The notes under the pieces are model-generated. The model made no database searches. It was given only the letters and a program-made list of their open reading frames with translations, and was not told the origin of the DNA. 64,000 nt of DNA from Somniosus microcephalus (Eukaryota). The stretch is from contig JBMRGM010000036.1 of NCBI GenBank assembly GCA_052327205.1, positions 26,102,001 to 26,166,000 of the forward strand, in the 5' to 3' direction. The position numbers and the translations under genes are program-made. This document shows positions 53,501 to 64,000 of the stretch, in pieces (the first letter of the stretch is position 1; every line of letters starts with the position of its first letter).

Positions 53501-56500
53501 AACCTCCATTCAAATATAGCATAACCCATCCATTCAAACAATTACCCATTCAACTCTCCCTCCATTCATTGATATTGCCACACTTTGAACCACCCATTAA
53601 TGTAAATTCGCCTTCATTCATTAATCCCTGCATTAATTCAAGTACCTTTCCATCCCACAAATCTGATTAATCATCCATCCATTCAATCATCTCTCTGCTC
53701 ATTCAACCACCCATCCATCACACAAGCCATTATATCATACCTTTACCAGTTCAACAAACTTTCCATTCAACAGTCACTATGAAACCAGATCCAACCATCC
53801 ATCTCTCCCTTCATTCATTCCTACATCCATTCAACTGCATTAACCTCCCACATTACCTGTAATCAATCTCCCCTGCACACAAACACCTCTATTCAAATCT
53901 CTCTATTCATTCAACTCTCAATCGATAACCCATCGATCCAGGATTGCCTTTATTCTTTCATCCCTCCATAAATTCAACCTCCTCTCCATCCAATATACAC
54001 TTCCATTATTAATTTCTCCATCCACAGAACTATCCGGTCATCCAGCATTGCCTCAAATGATCAGTCTATTCATCAAGTAATTTCCAATCATCCAACACTC
54101 CCTACAATCATTCATTTATCCAACCTTCCGTGTGTTCACTCATTCATTGAAGCACTCACACATCCAACGCTCCTGCTATCCAATAATCAATCCATTATTC
54201 ATCTAATCATCATAGCAACCTATATCCACTCATTGAACAACTCCCCGTCCAGCATTCCTAACAAAAATCCACCCATCCACCCTCCCATCTGGCAATCCAC
54301 CGCTCCCTTCAATTATTCATCCATCTATTGAACCATCCATCTACCACACCCACTAATCATTAAAACACCCACCCATCCACTGAATCAAGCTTCTATCCAA
54401 AACTATCGCCAAATAGCCCACAATCCATCAATCAACAAATTCTGTATTAATATCTCCCTCCATCGTTTCACAACTGCGTTGATTACACAACCAATCCCTT
54501 CAATTTCCCCTTGAGTCATTCATCCCTTCAACAATAAAACAGCCTGCCCATCCTGCAATCCCTCTGATCAAACAACGCCCATCCAACACTCTTTATTCAT
54601 TCATGCCTAAATCCCTTAAACCAAACCTCCACTCCTCACTCCCCGGAATCACTCATCCTTTATCCATTCAACTTCCTGTCCATCTCACAATCCCTATAAC
54701 CAATCATACCGCCACTCAACCTCCTCTATCCAAAACATTCACTATTGATTCTACTCTCAAACTACAGCTCAACAATCCAGTGCACCCTCTATTCTTTTAA
54801 CTCTATATATTCTACCGCCTCTCCATTCAACATTACCTCCAATAATCATTCAATCCATCCATAGTTCATTCCAAACTTCAATCAATCAATCCAAGCAACA
54901 AACCTTCCATTCATCCAACAGCGCCTCCAATCATAAATGAGTCTATCCATTGAAACGTCCATTTATTCAACATTGCCTCCAATCATCATTCAGTCCATCC
55001 ACTGGTTATCAATAATCCAATATCCCTTCAATTATTAATTCATCGAATTATGCATTCATTCTAACTCTCATCCAATCAAAACGTATTCTATTCAATAATC
55101 CATCATTCATCTATCTGTCCCCTCCACCAATCATCCATCCATTCAACATCACGTGATCGAGCACTCCTTCCAGACACTCATCCAGCCACTCAAACACCTG
55201 GCTTCCAGCGCTCCCTTCAATCATTCATCCATCCATTGGCCAACGCATCTCCAACCCTCCATCCAAACATCCCACATTCCATCCGTCAAACCAATTACCC
55301 ATTCAGTTCTACCTCCATTCAGTCACATCGCCACTCTTTATACCATCCTTCCAATGTCCCCTCCATTCATTCATCCCTTTATCATTTCAACTACCTTCCA
55401 TCCCGAAATTCTGCCCAAATACCCGTTCAATCAAATAACCATCCATCCCGCTCTCCCTACATGCATTTATCGCCAACTCATCCAACCGCCCATTATTCTA
55501 AATTAATATAAATTCGCCTTGATTCATTAATCCCTTCATTAATTCAACTACCTCTCCATCCCATAAACCTGATTAATCGTCCATCCATTCAAACACCCAT
55601 CCATCCAGCACTCCCTCCATTCAATCAGCTCTCTGCTCATTGAACCACCCATCCATCTCCCATGCCATTTTTCATCCCTTTATCAGTTCAACAAGCTTTC
55701 CATCCAACATTCCCTATGCTAACCGACCCAAACATCCATCATTCCCTTCATTCATTCATCCCTACATCCATTCAACTGCATATCCATCTCACAATCTCTC
55801 TAATCAAACTCCCATCCACACAAACACCACTATCCAAATCTCTGTATTCACTACTCTCAATCGACAACTCATCCACCCAGCATGCCCTTGATTCTTTCTT
55901 GCCTCCATAACTTCAACCACCTGTCCATCGAGCATTCCCGACAATCATTAATTAACCCATCGACAGAACCATCCATTCATCTTGCATTACCTCCAACGAT
56001 CAGCCAATCAATCCAGAAATGTCCAAACATCCAACACTCCCGAAAATCATCAATTTATCCATCCTTCCATCTGTTCACTCATTCATTCAAGCACTCACCT
56101 AGTCAACAGCCCTGATATTCAATAATCATTCCATTGTTCATCTATTCATCACAGCAACCTATCAGCCACTCATTGAACAACTCCCCTCCCAGCAAACCTT
56201 CCAAACATCCATCCATCCACTCCACCACCTGGCAATCCAGCTCTCCCTTCAATCATTCATCCATCTATTGAACCATCCATCCATCACTCCCCCGAACTAT
56301 TCAACCACCCATCCACCCAGTCAATCAAGCTTGTGTCCAGCAATCTCGCCAAACTGCCGATAAACCATCAAATCAAAAATCTCTCTCACTCCTTCGTTTC
56401 ACATCACCATTGATTAAAACACCAATCTTTTCAACGTCCCCTCAATTCATTTATCACTATCAATTAAACTGCCTGCCCATCCCACAATCCCTGTGATCAA

Positions 56501-59500
56501 CCACCCAGCCAACAAACACTGTTTATTCATTCATCCTTTAAACCAGCTACCCAAATCTCCACCCATCATGCACTGGATTCATTCACCCTTTCTCCATTCA
56601 ACTGCCTATCCATCTCACAATCGCTCTAATCAATCACACATCACCTCCTCTCTATCCAACACACTCAGTATTGATTCTACTCTCACACCACAGCTCATCA
56701 ATCCAGTGCACCCACCATAGAATTTATAGAGAGATAAAAGTACCTCCTCTCCATCCAACATTGCCTCCAATCATATTTGAATCCATCCATTGAAACTTCC
56801 ATTTATTCAACATTGCCTACAATCATCATTCAATCCAGCCACTGGTTATCAATAATCCAGTATTCCCTTCAGTTATTCTTTCATCCATCGAATTATGCAT
56901 TCATTCTAACTCTCCTCCATTCAAAGCCTATTCTATTCAATAATCCATCATTCATCTATCCAACACCTCCACCAGTCATCCATCCATTCAACATCACACC
57001 ATACAGCACTCCTTCCAAAAATCCATCCAGCCACTCAAACACGTGGCACTCCAGCGCCCCCTTCGATCATTCATCCATCCCAATCTACAATGCATCTACC
57101 CAACTCTCCATCCAAACATTCCACAATCCTTCCATCGAACCAATTATCCATTCAGCTCTCCCTCCATTCAGTCACATCGCCACTCTTTATACCACCCCCT
57201 AATGTCCCCTCCAATCATTCCTTCATCATTTCAAATACCTTCCCATCCCGAAATTCTGCCCAATAATCCATTCAATCAAATAACCACCCATCCAACTCTA
57301 CCTACATGCATTTATCTCCAAATCATTCAATCACCCTCGGATCAAACTTCCACACCATTCATTCATCCGTTTATCAATTAATCTGCCATTCTACCCAACA
57401 ATCTCTGATCAGCCAGCCAAACAACCATCACTCACTTCATTAATTGATCCCTACATCCATTAACCTATATGTCCATCTCACATCACTCTAGTCAGTAACC
57501 CATCCACATAAACACTTCTCTCTATAAAACTTCTATATTCATTCCATTCTGAATCCAATGATCATCTACGCAGCACACCCTCTTGTTTCATCCATTCATA
57601 ACTTCAACCACATCTCAATACAACAAATCCTACCAATCATTAATCAATCCATACACTGAACCATTCATCCAATATTCCCTCCAATCATCAATCAATCATA
57701 ATGATATGCAACAATCTCTAAAATACTTCATTAATACCTCCATCTATTCAGCCATTCATTCATTCATTCAAACAGTCATTCTTTCAACACCCATTCCATT
57801 ATTCATGGTCTTTTTTTTCTTGCCATTATACAACAAATCTACCAATCATCCATTCAACAACTCCCCAATCAGCATTCCTTCCAAAATTCTGTCCATCCAG
57901 TCATGCACCTGGCCATCCAGTGCTCCCTTCAATCATTCATCTATCGATTGAACCGCCAGCCATTCATCACACCCTCCACCATCCACTCACTCAAATATGG
58001 TCTCTATTATTTAATTCCCCCTGAATTTAACTACCTCTCCATCCCACATTGCCTCTAATCATCAATCACTCCATACACTGATTTACAATCATCCAATACT
58101 CCCAACCATCAATGAATTATCCATTCAAACTCTCATCCATGCAAAGCCTCTACTACTGAATCATCTATCATTCATCTAACCATCACCTCCACCAGTCATC
58201 CACCCAACAGCGCCCATTTCAGCACTGCTTCCAAATATTCATCAACCAGCTGGCCATCTCTTCAATTATTCACCCATCCATTCAAACACCCATCCATCCA
58301 TCACTCCTTCCAACCATCCAACTATAAATCCATCCATCCCAACACTCTTCTCTGCAAATCTCCGTTCAAATATAACATAATCCATCCATTCAACTAATTA
58401 TCCATTCCACTCTCCCTCAATTCATTAACATTGCCATACTTTGAACCACCCATTAATCTAAATTCCTCTTCATTCATTAATCCCTTCATTATTGCAACTA
58501 TCTTTTCAACCCACAACTCTGATCAATCGTCCACCCATTCAACTTCCCAGTCTACCAACTCTCCCTCTAGTCAATCATCACTCCACTCATTCAACCACCC
58601 ATCCATCTCCCATTCCATTATTTCATCTCTTTATCAGTTCCACTACCTTTCCATTCAACAATCCCTGTGATAACCGCCCCTACCATCCATCACTCCCTTC
58701 ATTCATTCATTCATCCCTACAACCATTCAACTGCATATCCATCTCACAATTCCTTTAATTAAACTCATCCACACAAATAACTATCCAAAATCTCTGTTCA
58801 TTATACTTTCAAGTGACAACAAATCCATCTAGCATGCCCTTGATTTTTTTATGCCTCCATAAATTCAAACACCTCTCCATGCAGCATTCTCTCCAATCAT
58901 TAATTAACCCATCCACAGAACCATCAGTTCATCCAGCATTGCCTCCAACGATCAGCCAATCCATCAAGTAATTTCCAATCTTTCAACATTCCCTACCATC
59001 ATTAATTTATCCATCCTTTCATCTGTTCACTCATTCATTCAATCACTTATCCATCCAACAACCTGTTATCTAATAATCATTCCATTATTCATCTATTCAT
59101 CACAACAACCTATCATCAATAACTCCACGTGCAGCAGTCCTTGCAAAACTCCATCCATCCAATCCACTGCCTGGGAAACCGGCACTGCCTTCAATCATTC
59201 ATCCATCGAGTGAACCATCACTACATCCAAACAGCCAGCCATGAACTCAATCAAGATTCTATCCAACAATCTCGCCAAACATCCCACAATCCATCAATCA
59301 GCAAATTCTCTATTAATAGCTCCCTCCATCGTTTCAAAACAGCATTGATTAAACAACCAATCCCTTCAATTTCCCCTTGAGTCATTCATCCTTTTAACAA
59401 TTAAACTGCCTGCCCATCCCACAATCCCTCTGACCAACCAAACATCCCTCCAACACTCCCTTTATTCATTCATGCCACAAATACCTTAAGCAAATCTCCA

Positions 59501-62500
59501 CTCCTCACTCATCCTTTATCCATTCAACTTCCTATCCATCTCACAATCCCTCTAATCAACCACACATCCACTCAACCTCCTCTTTATCAAGCACATTCAC
59601 TATTGATTCCACTCTCAAACCACAGCTCATCAATCCAGTGAGCCCTCTGTTCTTGTATCTCTATATATTCTACCGTCACTCCATCCAACAATACCTCCAA
59701 TAATCATTCAATCCATCCATAATTCATTCCAAATATCAATTAATCAATCCAAGCAACAAACCTTCCATTCATCCAACAGCACCTCCAATCATAAATGAGT
59801 CCATCCTTTGAAACGTCCATTTATTCAACATTGCCTCCAATCATCATTCAGTCCATTCACTGGTTATCAATAATCCAATGCTTCCTTCAATTATTCATTC
59901 TTCCATCGAATTATGCATTCATTCTAACTCTCATCCAATCAAAACCTACTCTATGCAATAATCCATCATTCATCTATCCATCACCTCCACCAATCATCCA
60001 CCAATTCAACATCACGCCATCCAGCACTCCTTCCAGACACCCATCTAGCCACTCAAACACTTGGCCTTCCAGCGCTCCCTTCAATCTTTAATCCATTGGA
60101 CAACACAGCAATTCAACCCCCCATCCAAACATCCCACAATCCATCTGTCAAACCAATTATCCATTCAGTTCTCCCTCCATTCAGTCACATCGCCACTCTT
60201 TATACCATCCCTCCAATATCCCCTCCATTCATTCATCCCTTGATCATTTCAACGACCTTCCCATCCCGAAATGCTGCCCAATAATCCATTCAATCAAGTA
60301 ACCACCCATCCAACTCTCCCTACATGCATTTATCTCCAACTCATTCAACCACCCTCTGATCCAACTTCCACACCATTCATTCACCCTTTATCAATTAATC
60401 TACCCAACAATCTCTCTGATCAACCAGCCGAACAACCATCACGCACTTCATTAATTCATCCCTTCATCCATTAAACTGCATGTCCATCTCACATCCCTCT
60501 AATCAAAAACCCATCCTCAAACGCTTCTCGATATAAAATGTCTATACTCAGTCTACTCTCAATCCAATGACTATCCACCCAGCACACCCTCTATTGTTTC
60601 AGCCTTGCATAAATTCAATCACATCTCAATCCAACAATCCTTCCAATCATCAATCAATCCATACACTGAAACATTCATTCAATATTACCTCCAATCTTCA
60701 AGCAATCATAAACTGATTTACAATAATGCAACACTCTCTACAATCTCTCATTTACCCATCTATCAATTCAGTCATTCGTTCATTCAAACACTCATCCATT
60801 CAACACCCATTCCATTATTCATCGTCTTTTTTTTCTTGCCATTATTCATCAAATCTACCAATCATCCATTCAACAACTCCCCAATCAGCATTCCTTCCAA
60901 TACATCTGACCATCCAGGCACGCACCTGGCCATCCAGTGCTCCCTTCAATCATTCATCTATCGATTGAACCGCCAGCCATTTATCACACTCTCCAACCAT
61001 CCATTCACTCAACTATAGTCTCTATTATTCAATTCCTCCTGAATTTAAAAACATCTCCATCCAACATTGCTTCTAATCATCAATCACTCCATATACTGAT
61101 TTGCAATCATCCAATACTGCCTACCATCATTGAATTATCCATCCATTTATGCATTCATTCAAACTCTCATTCATTCAAAACCTCTACTACTGAATAATCT
61201 ATCATTTATCTATCAATCACCTCCAACAGTTATCCACCCAACTGCGCCCATTCCAGCACAGCTTCCAAATATTCATCAAACAGCTGGCCATCCCTTCAAT
61301 CATTCATCCATCCATTCAAGCACCCATCAATTCATCACTTCTTCCAACCATCCAAAGAGTCTTCTCTGCAAATCGCCGTTCAAATATACCATAATCCATC
61401 CATTCAACCAATTATCCATTCCAATCTCCCTCCATGCATTGAAATTGCCATACTTTGAACTACCCATTAATCTAAATTCCCCTTCATTCATTAATCCCTT
61501 CATTATTTCAACTATCTTTCCATCCCACAAATCTGATCAATCGTCCATCCATTCAACTTCCCATCCATCCAACGCTCCCTCTATTCATTCAGCTCTCCAC
61601 TCATTCAATCACACGTCCATCTCCCATTCCATTATTTCATCCAATTATCAGTTCACTTACCTTTCCATCCAACAATCCCTGTGATAACCATCCCTACCAT
61701 CCATCACTCCCTTCATTCATTCATCCCTAAATCCAGTCAACCGCATATCCTCTCACAATTCCTCTAAGTAAGCTCCCATCCGCAAAAATACCTCAATATC
61801 CACATTCTCTGTATTCATTCTACACTGAATCGACAACTAATCAATCCAGCATGCCCTTGATTCGTTCATGCCTCCATAAATTTAACCACCTCTCCATGCA
61901 GCATTCACTCCGATCATTAGTAAACCCATCCACAGAACCATCCGTTCATCCAGCATTGTCTCCAATGATCAGCCAATCCATCCAGTAATTGACAATCATT
62001 CAACATTCCCTACAATCATTAATTTATCCATCCTTCCATCGGTTCACTCATTCAATCACATCCATCCAACAACCTGCCATCCAATAATCCTTCCATGATT
62101 CATCTTTTCATCTAAACATCCTATCATCCAATCCACTCATTCAATAACTCCCCGCTCAGCAATCCTTCCAAAAATCCATCCATCCACTCCACCGCCTGGG
62201 AATCCAGCACTGCCTTCTATCATTCATCCATCTATCTATTGAACCATACATCCATCCATCACTCCATCCAACCAATCAATCAAGCTTCTATCCAACAATC
62301 TCGCCAAATATCCCACAATCCATCAATTCAAATAATTCTCCATTAATCTCTCCCTCCATCGCTCCAATTAAGAATTGCTGAAACAACCAATCCATTCAAC
62401 TTCCCCTCGATTCATCCATCCCTTTATCAATTAAACAGCCTGCCTATCCCACAATCACTCTGATCAACCACCCATCCATCCAACACTCTCTTCGTTCATT

Positions 62501-63737
62501 CATCCATTTAACCAAATCTCCACCCATCACTCCCTGAATTGAATCATCCCTTTATCCGTCTCACATTCCCTCTAATCAATCATACATCCACTCGAACTCC
62601 TCTCTTCCCTACACACTCACTATTGATTGTAGTCTCAAACCATAGCTCATCAATCGAGCCGGCCCTCTATTCGGTCATTGCTCCATAAATCTACCACCTC
62701 TCCTTCCAACATTTCCTCCAATCTTTATACAAATCATCCACTGGTATGCAACCATCGAAGACTCCCTAATGTATTACATTTTCCTTTCCATTTGTGCATT
62801 CACTCAAACTCTCATCTTTTCAACACCTCTTCCATTCAATATGCATCATTCATCTATCCATCACCTCAACCAATCACTCATCCGTACATATCTTCAACCT
62901 CCCTCCAAACATCCAACAATCTGTCCATCCAACCAGTCTTCTATCCAACCCTTCCTCCAAACATACAACAGTCCATCCATTCAAGCAATTATCCGTTCAA
63001 ATCTACCTCCATTTATTCATCATTGTTATTCTTCAAACCACTCATCCATCGAAGGTCCCCTTTACACATTCATCCCTATATCAGTTCAGCTAACTTTCCA
63101 CCCCAAAATTCTTACCAATAATCCATCCAATGAAAGAACCATCCACCCAAATTTGCCAACATGCATTTATCTTCCACTCATTCAATCACCCTCTCATTCA
63201 ACTTCCACATCATTCATTCATCTGTTTATCAATTAACCTGCCTTTCTATCCAACAATCGCTCTGATCAACCACACAACCATCCATACTCCCGTCGTTCAT
63301 TCTTGTGTCGATTGAACCTCTCATCACTCTTTCCAACTATCCAAGCATCCATCCATTCACTCAGCTACGCTTTCTATTCTTTAATCGCTCCAGGATTGAA
63401 CGCCCTCTCCATCCAAAATTGCCTCCAAACATCAATCAGTCCATTCACTGATTTCCACTCGTTCATTTCTTCATCAATTTATTCATTCATTCAAATTCCC
63501 GTTCAGTCAAAACCTCTTCTGTTGAATAGTCCATCATTCATCTATCCATCACCTCCACCAGTCATCCATCAATTCAACAGCGCCCCATCCAAAACAGCTT
63601 CCTAATATCCATTAATCAGCCGGCAATCCCTTCCATCTTTCAGCCATCGACCAATCCATCCATCCGCCACTCCCTCTAAACTTTCCTCCTTCCATCCACC
63701 CTTCCAACCAGTCTTCTAAGCAAACCTTCATTCAAAT

Positions 63738-64000
63738 TTTTTTAAAAATGTTTTTATTCATTGATGGGATGTGGGCATCGCTGGCTGGCCAGGCCTGCAT
63801 TTAGTGTTAATCCCTAATTGCCCTTGAGAAGATGGTGGTGAGCCACCTTCTTGAACAGCTGCAGTCCCTATGGTGTAGGTACACCCACAATGCTGTTAGG
63901 AAGGGAGTCCCAGGATTTTGGCCCAGCGATAGTGAAGGAATGGCGATACAGTTCCAAGTCAGGATGGTGAGTGGCTTGGAGGGGAACTTGTAGGTGATGT
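63738..64000 (-). mobile_element. 3' end of a CR1/L2-superfamily LINE that continues beyond the window
   Basis: Minus strand reads SFTIAGPKSWDSLPN...FKKVAHHHLLKGN*, then a short UTR, AATAAA and an A-rich tail. Confidence 0.85.

Larger units (their letters stand above)
11390..63737. repeat. Giant degenerate (CCAT/TCAT)n-derived satellite with a ~48-52 bp monomer and multi-kb duplications, interrupted by TEs
   Basis: Continuous CCAT/TCAT/TCAA motifs with strong G depletion on +; diagnostic motifs recur at fixed offsets. Confidence 0.93.

Noticed and set aside
12723-63605. Many + strand ORFs rich in His/Ser/Ile/Pro (up to 386 aa at 41246-42406)
   Set aside because: Compositional artefact: the G-poor strand rarely forms TAG or TGA, all three frames give similar ORFs, and frames are not kept between duplicates
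1-64000. Unistrand piRNA-cluster-like TE orientation
   Set aside because: The large elements are on the minus strand, but the solo LTR, the SINE and two CR1 fragments are on plus; too few insertions to call a bias

Overview
Eukaryotic, repeat-only window with no supportable host protein-coding gene. The SINE and LINE families point to a cartilaginous fish (inferred from family resemblance, not a search). Contents: (1) 1-4418, a decayed minus-strand Ty3/Gypsy element that runs off the left edge; (2) 4419-~11370, an unrecognised tandem array of five ~1.1-1.7 kb units, each a hairpin-rich ~0.7-0.85 kb module set in a 40-bp minisatellite, with one solo LTR; (3) ~11390-63737, a very large, G-poor (CCAT/TCAT)-derived satellite with a ~48-52 bp degenerate monomer and ~3, ~8.5 and ~12.35 kb duplications. 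The satellite is interrupted by old CR1/L2 fragments, a V-SINE and a full-length CR1 that itself carries a nested, internally deleted Gypsy element. The best candidates for something new are the hairpin-module array, where base pairs appear to co-vary between copies, and the CR1 with a repeat-CCAAT-TATA-repeat 5' leader, splice donors and a doubled 3' stem-loop. All coordinates and alignments were read by eye.
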